Made by a program: the position numbers and the translations under genes. The notes under the pieces were generated by a model. The model was not told the DNA's origin. It worked only from the letters and a program-made list of their open reading frames with translations, and did not search any database. Positions 49,741-64,000 of a DNA stretch of 64,000 bases are shown here, piece by piece. Every line of letters begins with the position of its first letter. The first letter of the stretch is position 1. This DNA comes from Callorhinchus milii (lineage: Eukaryota), in assembly GCF_018977255.1 (NCBI RefSeq), contig NW_024704743.1:25670001-25734000 (forward strand), read 5' to 3'.

Positions 49741-51837
49741 TGAGACCATAGAAATGTTGTGTGGAATGTAGCTGGTGAGGGTGTGAAAAAAGATTTATAT
49801 GGTGGATTGACAATCTGGAAGTTAATTTGCTTTTCTTCACTGTCGCATTATATCTTGGAAATGTATCTGCTGTCATTTACTTCCCTCGGGATATTTAATT
49901 CTGGGAGCCTGAGGGTCGATAGTAACATACCTTTTGAATGTTGTTTTCCTGCTCTTTATCCTTTGGGTGGGATGTTAAACCCTGTCTGCCTGTTCAGGTG
50001 GATATTAAAGATCCCAAAGCACGAAAAAAGGCAGTTTCTCCAAGTGTCCCTGCCAATAATGCCTCCAATAAAATGGGTCACTCACTTCAAGGCTGCTTGT
50101 GGAAAATTAGCAACTACGTTCACATTTTGACAATGCGATGCATTATATTAAATGCAAGGATAATTATCTTAACTTTCCCACTGCAATAATCTATTCGACC
50201 ACATCATTAAAAAGCTGAAGTGACCCTTGTGTCAGTAGGACTCAACAAAGGCTAAGTTTCCTCACAGTAACCATGAAGCCACTTGTAGTGCCCCACCTAC
50301 TTCAATAAGTTGCACTTACAGTGCCTAATGGACACACGGACTGTGACTTGAGCCTGAGTCTTCTGCTCTGTGTGGTCCACTGCTATGTGGCACCTTAAAG
50401 ATTCTTGAGTCCCTGATGTGATGATTGCAACCACTGTAAGAATAAGGCCTGTGCTGCAGACAATCTTATTATTGATGGACATTGCTTTGGAAGGACCTGC
50501 AGCACAAATTAGCAGTTGAAAGTGATAGATCATCTGACTGATAAGCTTCTGAGACAAACCTCCAACTAGACAAATCTGGGCATTTTAATATGACTGTCAT
50601 GAGTTACATCTGCAGCACACTGTGCAGTTTGACGCTTTATTTTTGACAGCTGTTTGAGCAACATTTCTGGTGGGGCCCCATGACCCTCATCACATTGCAT
50701 CCTCCTGATTAGGATCCTAAAATATAATTATCCCAAGACTCCAAACCTTCACAGATTTTTGTTTATTTATTTTAAATAAATCTGTAGCATTCTTCACTTT
50801 TGAGTCTTAACTGGATATAAGATGGGATTTGGCCCATTTTTTTTGTTTTGAAAAAGAACTAATTTACCAATTCTCTCGCGGCTTAAAATAAATTGTTCTG
50901 CTTTTTTTTAAGAAAAGCAAAAAAAAAAAAAGCAACAAGCATTTTTTTTAAAAGAAAACTTTTTGACCCTTCTTCTGAACTAACTGTTGGTCACTTTGAA
51001 TAGTGCCATTGGATCTTTAATGTCCACTTAAATAGGCACAGCCCTAGAATGTCAGCCTGAACAGTCAGTTAAGAGCCTAACGTGGCACTTGAACCCATAG
51101 CTTTCTGACTCAGAAAAGAAAATGCTACCCTCGGAGTCAATTTGAGTGTTTGAGACATTTGACAGGGAGGAAGGAGGATGGGTGTCATAGCTGATCCCTA
51201 CATTTTCCCAGTTCTGGGCATGTAGGTTTTAATGGTTGCGTAGTGCTGTAAGCTGCAATAAATTGAATGAAACAGGATATCTTCCGAAAGCGTTTTGTTG
51301 TTTATTGAACGTTGTTGGTGCCGATTAGCTGATGTGTTTGCCTATGTAAAAACATTAGTTTAACTTCAGATTTTATTTCCAGTTGATTTTTATTCTGTAA
51401 AGTGCTGCAAACCATTTATGTTAATGGAAGTTGTTATTGTACATTAGTAAGTGAAACAGACTAGTTCAGACAAGACCACCTCAGGGCGGGGAGGTGCCTG
51501 TACGTTCCACAATCCTCCTGAGTTTTACAGTGTGGCTTTTGACGCAGGAGAGTGAAGGTTCGGATTCAGCCACTCCCAAAGTGACTGGAAAGGGGATTTG
51601 AATCTTTGGGATCCTGGAGATGATTAGAAGTGATTATGACTTGTGTTTACCACAACGATTGCTTCATTAACACAGCTGATTCAGAGCTGGAGAGGATTTC
51701 CACATACAATGCACTCGAATGGAAGTTGATGCATCCTGTGTAGAATTAAACAGCTTTAACTGGTAGCAAGTGAGTACAGTACATACATCTATATAAAGCA
51801 GATAGCTTCTATTTTAAAACTCGCACTGTATAAAAAT

Positions 51838-52058
51838 CACTTTCCTGGGGTAATAATCCCTCCCAAAAAAATAATAATAATTTGGCTACTCAATCCACGA
51901 CTGTTTGTAGGCCCTGCTGTGCGCAATTGTCCTTGGCGTTTCACCCACAAAAATATACGGTTGATTCACTTTACAGTATATTTTGTGAAGCGCTTTGAGA
52001 CGTCTCAACGATGTGATATGGCGCTATATCAAATGCAAGTATTATTATCATCATCATC
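51838..52058 (+). mobile_element. 5'-truncated SINE, family A
   Basis: Body from ggggtaataatccc through the tail gcgctatatcaaatgcaag. Confidence 0.8.
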
Positions 52059-55000
52059 ACTTGTTTCGGGAGCAACGGACCTAGGACCAGAATGTTCTGG
52101 GTTTGATTCCTAGAGACTCCACTCAAACCGACCACTTTAAAACCTTTTGAAGCAACTACAATGAGAGGAACATCTTTAAAAATATGCTCCTTGAGGGAGA
52201 AATGAGTATGGGTCTCCATGAGGAGATATGCTTGCAAGGACAAGTACATAATCCCATGGCTCCTGATTTGAGACTCAAAAGCTTGGAGATACCCTACAGA
52301 TTGTCAGCCAGAAACCCAACTAGTGGAGCAGTCATATATGGATAAGGAATGTAAAATGTGCCAGTGCTTAATACTGGTAAGCCACACAGTTACCATTGTT
52401 TGTGCTTCCATTACAAGTGGCTTATCTGGAAAACCTCTTACATACCTACAGCCATATGTGAGGATGTCAAACGTGAGAACCCACCAGGGGATTTGATCTG
52501 GATTAAGTGGGAGTGCAAACATTTCTTGATATCCCACTGGAACTGAAAACAAGTCAGGACACACTCCAGTGATTTGAGCGGGACATCAAATATACCTCTT
52601 CCTCAACTCTCATTTCCCCAGAACCTTTAACCACTTGAGAATCTGAGGAACACCGCACTGGTACACTGAGACGACGACTGAGAACCTAGTCTTTTTTTAA
52701 AAGATGGACATGGGCTTTGAGACATCTCAATGACTTGATAACGCTTTGTATCAAATGCAAGGATTATTATTGTAGTTAAACTGCTAAAATCTATGAAAAG
52801 AAATTCCTGTTTCTTGGTTTAAAGCATGGACGCTTGTGCTACTTGAATCACTATTATTTATATATGCCACACCCCCACCCCCTCTCTCACGCTAGTCTCT
52901 CTGTTTCTCTAACCTTTTAGGCTAATGCAGTGCCCTGACTGTAGGATCAGCAGCTCAGGATGTATGCTTGAACCACTCTCTGCCTCCTGCGCTCCCACCA
53001 GGTTGACAGACATTAATTGTTTTTAGAGTGTCCAAAAAAGACCAGACACAAAAAGCCCAGGTCTTAAAAGTGCATTTTTAAAAGAAAACCATTCCAGCAA
53101 AAAAAAACTATTTTTATAACGTAAACATACCAATGGCTGCTTTATAAAATAAAGTGTCCAGTGTTGGGAGGTTTAATGTATAGAGTGATTCACTTCCAAT
53201 GTCTATCTGTTTCACAATCCACCTCCTCCCCCTCAGTGGACTGTTCCATTGATGTCATGAGCTCTGTTTTAGCTATGCTTTGAGGATTATGGGTTTATCT
53301 CTGTGTATAATCTAGTGATAGGATTCACGCACACATCAGAACCGCATTAGGCGTCATTTCAGAATTCAGAGCTGAACAACAACAACAGAAATATAAAACG
53401 ACTGTCAGAAACCTAAAGTTTTTTGGGCGAATAATAATAATCCTTGCATTTGATCTAGCGCCTTTTCATATCGTTGAGATGTCTCAAAGCACTTCACAGA
53501 CTCTATTGTAAAGCGGATGGACTGTATTTTGTGGGTGAAATGCGGCAGGCAATCGAGCCGGGGTTCTCTTGGTTGAGGGGTGCTCTCGGAGGCGAGCGCA
53601 CTAACCATTAAGCTACGAGACTCCGCAAGTTTGGCACGATCAGAGTTGAGAAGCCCCTTTTATAGGGGTGGGGGAAGAACTCGCTGGTCAGGACATCCTA
53701 TAGAAAATCTCTATGTCTACTCTGCCCTAACCTCGGAAGAGCACTCCATCTGGTACAGTATAATGTTAAATCAGATTCACTTTACAAGATCTGCAGTGTA
53801 GTATATGTAACAGAATGAGAGAGAATTATTGTAGCTGAGAGTCACAAAGCGGTAATGCTGTGGACGTGCAGACAGATGATTGCCGATTTATATTGGATGA
53901 CAATTGGATCCTTCTAAATCCAAAGCTTGAATATTGAAGTCTATATCCGGTGTTGGCAATCAGCCGACACCAGTAGGTAGCCAGGGATTGGGACCATGTG
54001 ACCAGTGGACAAATTAAATTTTACTTTTTGGTCATCCAGGTGTCTGGCACACGCAGAAACCCATCACTATGCTCAAAAGTGCCAGACTGAAGGTTCCATG
54101 CATCCCATCCCCACATGGAAATTTCCTTATCTGGAATGGAATGTACTACCTCTTCCCTGGAGGAAAATGGAGAATATTAGGAGCAGGTTGGCAAGAGCCA
54201 AGGCTTGAGGACCCCAGAGTGTGCGTTGGGGTACTGCTGGAGTTCAATCAGCACAATCCACAAAGCTTGCCTTTGAAGGTACCATCTGGCAAGCTGTCCC
54301 ACTACTTGTCCAGCTAGGACCATCCTACCTTTTAGGGTTTTGGCTTGCAGGGCCAACAGGAGATGAGTGCGAGTATTCCCTGCTCCCTCCCAAGTCCTGC
54401 CGATGAGCCAGGCTGACTGTGCTGTCACCAGCTGTGCCCTGGAATACTGCAGACCCTCCTGGCTCAGGAACCAGACAACCGAGACCAAGACAGAAGACTG
54501 GCTCAATTCTAATAATCTGTTGCCAAACAGGTCACCTTGGAGCCAGTTCAGCTCCAAGGAGACCCCGCTTACCTCCCCCAAGGACGATGGTCACTAGTTG
54601 ATCATATGGAGTCCTGTAGCTTAGTGGTTAGAACGCTCGCCTTGCAATCGAGAGGACCTGGGTTCGATTTCCGGCCAAGGCAAAATTTTGGGCAAGTTTC
54701 CTTACTCCACACTGCTCTGTTTACCAGCAGTAAGTAGGAACTCGGTTGTTAGTTGATTGGTAGATTGCTTTATTTGAAAGGGTAATAATCCCTTCAAAAT
54801 AAACCAATAAAATAATATTAATAAAAAATAATGCCGAGTTTCGCCCACAAAATATACTATCAATTCACTTTACAATATATTCTGTGAAGCGCTTTGAGAT
54901 GTCTCGAAGACATGATAAGGTGCTATATCAAATGCAAAGATTATTATTAAGTGGCTGAATTGCCAAAGGAATGTAGTACAGTCCAAGCTTGCTTGCGATG

Positions 55001-57997
55001 GTGTCAATTCTAAGAACAGATTTGCAACAGATATTGCAGACATTGATGCCATGTTTTGGAGATGAAGCACCCGCTTGTTTTTCGTCTGTGAAGGTAGGGG
55101 TCATTCTAAGTGCAAGAAATTTATGTATGTTTTGTGAAAACAGCAATGAAACATGGCTGAGAACACCACGTGGTCACAAACTGTAAGTCGCTGTGTTAAG
55201 AGCGATACCAGTTTGCGACTGAAATGGCTTGAACCAAAAACAAAACTGCGAATAAATCGTGATATTGAAGGCTGGACAATAAATTAATATTGATCTTTAG
55301 TTTGATGTAATGTCTTTTGATCGAGAGCATGACTTGTGTGTTTTGTAGATGATTTATGGCAACCAGTTTGTACATGGCAATATCCCGTATTGTGGAGTCC
55401 TGCAGCTTAATGGTTAGAGCACTCGCCTTGCAAGCGAGAGACCTGGGTTTGATTCCCAGCAGGATAAAACGTTGGGCAAGTTTCCTTACTCCACACGGCT
55501 CTGTTTACCTAGCAGTAAGTAGGAACCCGGCTGTAAATCGATTGGCGGATTACTTTGCATGAGGTAATAATCCCTTAATAATAATAATACTAACAATTCT
55601 GATTGCTCAATCAGGACTGTTTGTGGGACACTGATGTGTGCAATTGGCTGCCTCATTTCATCCACAAAATAGATAATTCACTTTACAGTATATTCTGTGA
55701 AGCGCTTTTGAGACGTCTTGAAGGTGTGAGAAGGCGCTATATCAAATGCAAGGATTATTATTGCTATACACAGCTGTGAAGTTAATGACCACAATGTTGG
55801 CTAGGGAATTGGGATAAACTACAAATTGTATCTTAATGGGAGCTTTGAGTTGTATTGGTGGCAGGTTCACTGATATTGTGTATGTTTTTGAAGATCATGA
55901 GAAGGCTTGATCCTGGGATGTCTTGTTTTGTGTTGCTCCAATGGGGAAGTGCCTGTCCCCGGCACCACCTAGTTGCACAGTTGTAGTAATAATAATAGTT
56001 AAGCACCGCAAAGTCCCACAAACGGCCATGGAGTGAGTGACACATTTTATTTCGGGGGCATTGTTGGCCTGGACATCAGGAGAAGCTCCCTTCGCTTTTC
56101 AAATAGTGCCTTGGGATCTTTAACATCTACCTGAGCAGGGACCGCAGTTTAATGTCTCATCCAAAGGATGACACCTCCAACAATGTAGTGCTCCCCCAGC
56201 CTTGTATTGGAATATGTGAGATCATAGTCCTGATGTGGGGTTTTGAACCCACAACCTTTCAATTCGGAGGTGAAAGTGCTACTGACTGAGCCAGGCTGAA
56301 ACATGGCACAGTTGGTACGCTGAGACTCTGCCCCGCATGAAGAACGCTACCAAGTCAAGCTATTTTGTTGTAGAGTAAATGGGCTGAAGAAGTAATCTCT
56401 TCTGGATAAGGTATAGCTAAAGGTCCCTGATTTTTGTCTTGTTTCCCCCCCCCACCCCCTCACAAAATGTTTCGAGGCAAATTTTGGTTGTGAATCATGG
56501 AAGTTGAGTAACAAACCTAAGTCGCTATTAGTGCACCAAATGCATTGGTGACAGTTTGTGACTACTGCATTTGCAAAAATAAATAAATAAATTGTAATTG
56601 AAATTAGTTACAAAGATTCAAATTCACTAAAGTGAATGGACACAACAGTGGACACATTGTGAATGGACACAATGGACTCATCGCAAAACAGCAAATTTGG
56701 TGCTTTTAGCAGTGGAGCAGAATATCTACTAAACTGAAGTTAAAGGAAAAACTGAGTTTGGGGGGTGAGTTTTGTTCACAGCTGCTACCTTCACAAGTGC
56801 ATTTTGCACAAATGCCCTCCAAATTTCTTCTTCTGCACTGTTGCATTGCCTTTATTTGTTGCTGGACACTAGAGTGCTGCTTTATTAAATGCTGACTATC
56901 CACATAGAGAGAGAGAGACACACATACACACACTCACAGAGCCGGAGAGCAAGACATACACACAAATAGACAGCTGAGAGAGAGACACGCACACACAAAG
57001 CAGAGCGAGAGCGATGCAATCACATGGATAAAGAGCAGAAACAAAAAAATAATTATGGTGCACTATTAATTTACGTTGTTCACTCAGACACAGATTTATT
57101 TCCCTCCAGAGTTGGTCATGATTCCAGATGACAGTACGTATTTAGAGCATGAACAGCACCCGTTTCAAAACCCAATGACCTCCATTGCAGATGATTACCA
57201 TTTATCTTGTGGGATGTTGACAGCGCCTTGGGACGTCCTCCCGACGTGAAAGGTGCTTTACAAATTTAATTTGTTTTGTTGTTAATTGAGGAATAATCAA
57301 AGTCTTTCTTTAAGCTCTTTAACTCCCTTCCACTGGTGATACGCAGGCTCTAGGTGACCCCGAACAGAACGTTAAGTTACGGATGAGCAGTAATAGTGCG
57401 GGTGAGAAGCTGCCCATTCAGGTGGATGTTAAAGATACTATGGCATTATTCGAAAGGAGAAGGAAGCTTCTCCCAGTGTCCTGGGCAACAATCCCCCAAA
57501 TAACATTGGTCATTTACTTCATGGCTTTCTGGACGACATTGTTGTGTGCAAATTGGCTGCTGTGTTCACCTACAAAGTACCCAATCACTACACTTTACTG
57601 TAAAAAGTAAAGTATCAGTCCAGCTCAGCGGTAGCACACTCCACTCTGAGTCAGAAGGTTGTGGGTTCTGTCCTGTCTGTTCAGGTGAACATTGAAGATC
57701 CCATGGCACTACACAAAAAGAGAAGGGAGTTTCTCCTGCTGTCCTGGCCAACAAAATTTCCTCTTTGCCCGTCTTCACACCTGAAGTCTTTCTTCTTTGA
57801 ACATGCCCATGTCCACTCCCCCTTCTCAGTACGGGGTCAAACTATGCCATTGTTAAACACTCTGAGATGCTACCCTGAGTGAAGGATGCCGTATAAATTC
57901 AAGTTGTTGTTGCTTACTTTTTGATTATCTTAAATTTGTGCCCCACAGAAACCAAGGATAATTGCTTATGGATTGATTTTATTTTGTCTGACACTAG

Positions 57998-58092
57998 GAG
58001 ATGGCATTCCCAAAGAAAACAGCCCATTTATTAACAGCACGGATATTGACGAAGGAACCATGTATGAGGGGAAGAACTTGGCACTTTTTGAG
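57998..58092 (+). CDS. SLC12A7: K-Cl cotransporter exon 2 equivalent, copy 2
   Basis: Same sequence and splice sites as 4652-4746 by eye. Confidence 0.9.
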
Positions 58093-59395
58093 GTAAGATA
58101 ACTGGCTTACTATCTACTGGTGTAATCCAATGATGTTCCATATGAGGTAACTTTATTCCTTTATTATTAAACCCACTCCATTTACAATCATAATCCAGCA
58201 TTAAAGAATACCTGGACTTCCACAAGTTTCAGTAGGGTCTGATGTACACAAATCTTTGATGGGTTCAATTTCATGTGTTACAAATGCACAATGAATAGAA
58301 CTGCAATCCACGATATGATGATTAGCACTAGCTAGAGGTAATTATCACATCACGGGCAGCATTTTTCAGCCCACGGGTTTTGTTTCCTTTTTTTTAAACA
58401 GAAGAGTGGGACAAACTTGTGATTTCTGTATAGACGTGGGAACAAACCTGTCTTGGTCTCCTTGCAAGTCTCCATGCAATTCTGATCATCAAATTGGTGA
58501 AATTAAAGTGTGCAGTGTTGCTATTCTTCAACCCCCCACCACCTCATGCTCCTCTACTTTGCAATAACTGACCTTTGTTTTCCTATCCTCGTTCCTCCTC
58601 ACCATTAGTAATTTGGGTTAGTGTGAGAAAAGTTTTCTCTGTAAATTGATAATGGATCTCTTTCATTTATTGCAGCTCTTAAATTAGAAGGTCACGCTTT
58701 TTGGATATCAATCTGATTCATCTCTGTCAAAGACTGGGTACTGATTCTGCTAACGAGGCATAACAAACTTATTTAACACCGAGGAAGGGAGAAAGGTCAA
58801 AAATTGCTGAGAGTTATTCAACGTCTAGGGAACATAATAGGTTTGTTTTGCACAAAGTTCCATGAAGTCTGGGTGTTTAGCAAAGAGACAAGAACAACAA
58901 CAGATTGCATTTATACAGAACCTTTTCATGTCGGGAGGATGTCCTAAGGTGCTGGACAGTGAAGGATTTGCACCTGCGATGAGGGTTGGAGTTGAGGGAA
59001 GTGGAGGGTAAGGGGGTGGAGGAGGATGACAGAAGGTTAAAGAGAAGTGGCGGAGGGTTCAGGGATGGAGTTCCAGAGGGTGGGGTCAAAAAGGCTGAAG
59101 GTCCGACAGCTGATGGTGGAGCGAGCAGGGCGGGAGATGTGGAGCAGGCCAGTGCCTGCCGAACGGACAGGTTGGTAACATTTTAGTAGGTCGCAGAGGT
59201 AGGGAGGATGAATGTGGGGTTTAAAGCACAGTTGAGGGTCAAACAAGACAACAAGGTTCCGGACTGGCTCAGTGAGGTTGAGTGTGCATGCATGAACAGT
59301 GATGCTGTCAGTGCCTGCGGTGTGGAAGCGCATGGTTACGTGTCAAAGAACATTTTGGAAAAGAGGAATATTCTTCTCCCAATTCTGACCAACAG

Positions 59396-59527
59396 GAGGA
59401 ACTGGACAGAAACCCAATGGTGTCCTCCCTGCTCAATAGACTGGCAAACTATACGAACCTCACCCAAGGTGTGAAGGAGCATGAAGAGGCGGAAAACAAT
59501 GATGGACCCAAAAAGAAAGAGGTTAAG
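59396..59527 (+). CDS. SLC12A7: K-Cl cotransporter exon 3 equivalent, copy 2
   Basis: Same sequence and splice sites as 6051-6182 by eye. Confidence 0.93.
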
Positions 59528-61768
59528 GTAAATGCATTGCCCTTTCACCTTAGGCGGACATTAGGCTGCTATTGTTGGGATTTGTAGGATAGCTCTGACC
59601 AAATGCTTTCTGTCTGACTGCCTTGAGACATATGAATCTGTATGGGTGCCACAATTAAGCCTTATACTTTATATTAAAGAAAATGATCTGATGCGTGGAT
59701 CTTATCTTCGGACACAAATAAAGCATTTATTTTAAAATGCTTTCAGTGCAGGGGGTCAGAATGAATATGTGATACTTTAGATTACTTCTGTTTAAGAACC
59801 CAGGATGGGATATGCTGTGACAAGGTATTGTGGAGCATGGAGACTGTCTGAATTTGTGTGGCTCCATCGTGAGCAAGCACAAGGGCAGTCAGCACCAGAT
59901 ATATGGGGATCTGATTCAAATGTTCTTTGCGTTGTGTTTATTTTTACTCTGTACTTTTTGTGAAATAAATCATGGATTTATATACGTAGCTGCCTTATCG
60001 CAATACAGAAATTAGTAAGGGTTCTTATTTGCTGTTTAAACAGCAGAAATTCACAACAGGATTTACAAACCTTTTAACAGAGATTCAGCTGGAAACTGGC
60101 AGTGCTTCACAGGCAATTCCTACTCCAAAGTTCTGCAATTTTGTGTGGCATTAACTGACTGGATTCCCTGTTAGCAACTGAGCCTTTATTAACTTCAATG
60201 CAGTGCTGGTGAGCACTGCCTTTTGGTTAAAGTATTCCAAACTGAGGTCCCATCTGGCTGTTCTTCAGGTGGACATTAAAGATCCCAAGTGCTTCACATG
60301 ATTACTGTAAAGTGCAGTATCGTGGATGCTGTTGAAGAGAGACTCTGACACGCTTCAAGCATTCCACATGCAGTGTTAGCGCCAGATTCCCACAATTTCT
60401 GCCTCCCGCATTCCCCCGATTTAAAAAAAACTAGTTCATCAGTCTGAGGACAAATATTTCAGTCACTGTATTATCCTCCCATCCACACCCCCTCCCACTA
60501 CTTCATCACATTGTCAACACCAAAAATGATAATATTATCCATTCCAAAAGTCTTCTTCCTTCTGTTACCAAGTGATTTGTTCAGGTCCATAAATAGATCC
60601 AAACTATGTATTGATAAAGGGCTTGTGGAAAAACAGTTTGTTCTAAAACTAGAGTTCTGTGGCTTTATAAGACGCTGTCTCAGCTATAACTGATGCCTCA
60701 AAGAAAAGCCAAGACCTAGTTCACGGCACTTCCCAAGAGGGATAGAGTGAGTGCCTACTGTCCTCAATGGTGAGTAGGATATGAGACATTTTTGCTGATC
60801 CTCAGCTCACACAGCGATAAGGTCTTGTATTTAGAGCTTACAGGTCAGAGTGGATCAGAATGAAAAGTGTTTTCAGCCACTTTCAGATGATTATCTCAGT
60901 TTTATATCCATGTACTGTATTTCTGATTGTTACTGAGGTTTGTTTTTGGTAGTGTCAGCTTCTTCAATAATCGATGACCTCCCCTTACAGCATGCATTTT
61001 GATATCTTTCAAGGTGTCAGCCTTGCTTAGTTAGTAGCACTCATGCTTCTGAGTCAGATTATTGTGTGTTCAATCCCCATTTGGAGACTTGGAATTCATA
61101 TAGTCCAAGTTGACACTCCAATGCTGCATTATTGCAGGCACTATACTTTGGATGAAGCGATAAACCGAGGCTCCATCTGGCTGTTTAGGTGGACGTTAAA
61201 GATCCTATCCAAACAGAGAAGAGAGGTTCTACCGTTGTCCTAGCCAACAATCCCCAACAAATTAGTAATTAATTGCTGTTTGTAGGACATTGCTGTGCGC
61301 AAAATTGTCTGCTGCGTTTTCAAACCACTTTACAGTATATCCTGTCAGGTACTTTGGGATGTCCTCCTGACATGAAATGTGCTGTAGCCTTTTGTTATTA
61401 TTACTATTACTATTACTATTACTATTCTGGACTGTCAATTGGAACTTTAAAGGTGAACACCTATTTGACTCTACTTTTAAACACTGTGATCAGATGTCTT
61501 ATCAAGGCCACTTCTTCAAGCTGCTCTCTATGGCCAAGGCACCACCTACACAATAAGGTCCTTAAGCACTGCGCTTGTCGCTGAGCACACCCTTCCAATT
61601 ATGGGAACGTTGTACCGTTCAGTGGTACTGGTTGGTTTATACGATGAGTGGGAATCAATCTCACAGTGGTGGCAAGGGCCGCTGTCTTTGTGATCCACCA
61701 CCTCAATGTAGCCAGCATTGGATAGACGCTTGGAGCCAAGGTTTAATTCATTCTCTAATGCCTTCCAG

Positions 61769-61915
61769 GCTCCTCGAATGGGGACTTTTATCGGAGTCTA
61801 TCTGCCGTGTCTACAGAACATCCTGGGAGTCATCCTATTCCTACGTTTGACATGGATTGTGGGGGCTTCGGGAATCATGGAATCGTTCTGGATTGTCTTC
61901 ATGTGCTGTGCCTGC
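61769..61915 (+). CDS. SLC12A7: K-Cl cotransporter exon 4 equivalent, copy 2
   Basis: Same sequence and splice sites as 9449-9595 by eye. Confidence 0.95.
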
Positions 61916-62337
61916 GTAAGTAGTCTTGTCCCACAAAAGCTGCTGGACGTGATAAATTGACCTGTTACAGGGAGCCAGTTATTGTGTGGATGGAATTAGT
62001 GCGTTACATCTGAAATTCTCTGCCCAGACTACGTGAACGAAAGAGGAATGTCATCATTGGAAGGAAACCTCTCCACTTTCTTGGTCAAACCCATCCAAAG
62101 GAGAAACACTGGGTTCTAAATTTTAAGACTAACAACAGGCTTTGTAACCAGAGGATCCTGAACGTCTTTCCTGCTGACCCTCTGGACTCCACTCCCTCTC
62201 CCAACTCACTCCCTCGCTCAAAGTCAGTGTCCAGATGGAGTTCCAGAGGTCACTGGTTACAAATCCTGTGAAATTCAAAATTTGGATCACGCTGTGGAAT
62301 TATTGAACCTCGTTCGCAATGATGTATTTTTCACCTT

Positions 62338-62370
<33 letters not shown>

Positions 62371-62626
62371 GCATATGTCCCAGCACCTTGGGACGTTCTC
62401 CCAATGTGAAAGGCGCTATACAAATGTAATTTGTTCTTGTGTGAGAGAGAAAGAGTGTGTGTGAGTGAGTTTGAGAGAAAAAGAGAGTGTGTGTGTGAGA
62501 CGGTGTGTATATGTTTGCTCTAGGAAAGGGGTAGCTAAAATCATTTCTGTCTGTCGCTGAGGATTTCTCTGTGTGATTACTGTACTGATTTCCAGCTAAT
62601 GCTCAATGCTGAGTCTCTCTCCACAG

Positions 62627-62681
62627 ACCTTGCTGACTGCCATATCGATGAGTGCTATTGCAACCAATGGTGTGGTGCCAG
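62627..62681 (+). CDS. SLC12A7: K-Cl cotransporter exon 5 equivalent, copy 2
   Basis: Same sequence and splice sites as 10317-10371 by eye. Confidence 0.95.
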
Positions 62682-63364
62682 GTAAATTAAGATTCCAGTA
62701 AAGCAAAAAAAAGGCATCTCCTAGTGTACATGATCTGTATTTTTGGTCAGAATTATATTGACCTTTTATTGTCCTTTTACTGTAAATGGTGGCTACATTA
62801 ATGTTAACAAAGGGTGAGATTGCTGGTGTTGGGATCTTCAGAGCTCCCCCCTCCTCCCCCCCACATAAACCCTGTCCATTGTATATGCTGTTCTTTTCTA
62901 TTGAGGAGAACAGAATATTGTCCAGAGACTATATTGGGAAGGTTTACCTGTTCTCTTTGTTGTTGATGTGGTCGCAAGCCCCTAATCTCCTTTAATGTAG
63001 GGGTTCCTGAATTGCTGGCCTGCATGGAGATGCCTAAACATTGGAGAAGGTCTAGCCACCAGAACTGAAGGCACAACCATGATGCTCAAAATGAACGTAT
63101 CACATGTGCTCATTTGTTTGTGTGTTGCCATCAACCCTGTAGAGTAACTACCTGCCTCCTTATCCCCTCCCCCAACTACATTGCAAAGGGACACTCACTA
63201 TGAGTTGAAGCAACTTAGCTTTGCAAACACCGTACCGGTTTCTTTGCATTCAATTCAGGAGAGGTTGATGTCTATTTTATTACTGTAACACTGTCGAGGA
63301 CTTTGTACTTGCTGACGAGATAGTTTATTAATTTCTGGATAAACCAGTTCTAGACTTTTACTAG

Positions 63365-63694
<330 letters not shown>

Positions 63695-64000
63695 TGATTA
63701 TGTCTGGGAATATCCTCTCTTGTTCCCACCTCACCCAGATATTTTCATATCATACAAATTTTATCCATGTAAAAGGGAGGAGATAAATGTGTTGGCTCTC
63801 ACGTGTACTTACCCCACAGGCACATTTCCCTCAAAACGCCATTGTCTGTTTCCGTGCTGTAACAGTGTATGCAATCCTAAGTATTGGGATATTGGGAGTA
63901 GAAACCATGGATGCATCAGTCTTTTTGACAGGAGATATGATTGTAGTTGGGTAAAATAATAGCAGTACTTTGAGATGCACCAAGACAACGGGAAACAGGA

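Overview
Eukaryotic, repeat-rich vertebrate DNA. The tRNA-SINE, L2, CR1 and Penelope repeat complement suggests a cartilaginous fish, possibly a chimaera (inference). The only protein-coding gene I can support is a + strand K-Cl cotransporter (SLC12 KCC clade, best guess SLC12A7/KCC4). Five of its internal exons (95, 132, 147, 55 and 131 nt) occur twice, at 4652-11223 and 57998-63535, because 1-11682 is repeated almost identically at 53539-64000. A 30-N gap (13493-13522) separates the first copy from about 44 kb of sequence upstream of the second copy's exon 2, so an uncollapsed haplotype is the most likely explanation; a real tandem duplication is not excluded. The upstream region holds a well-formed candidate TATA promoter and short first exon (MNEQDGSSQ-G) in phase with exon 2. 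It also holds two Penelope-like insertions with target-site duplications and minimal hammerhead-ribozyme motifs, several local inverted and direct duplications, nested elements and an unidentified old repeat family. Most ORFs in the supplied track are spurious or repeat-derived. I see no evidence of a wholly new multi-gene system. Repeat boundaries were read by eye and are approximate; exon boundaries were counted exactly.
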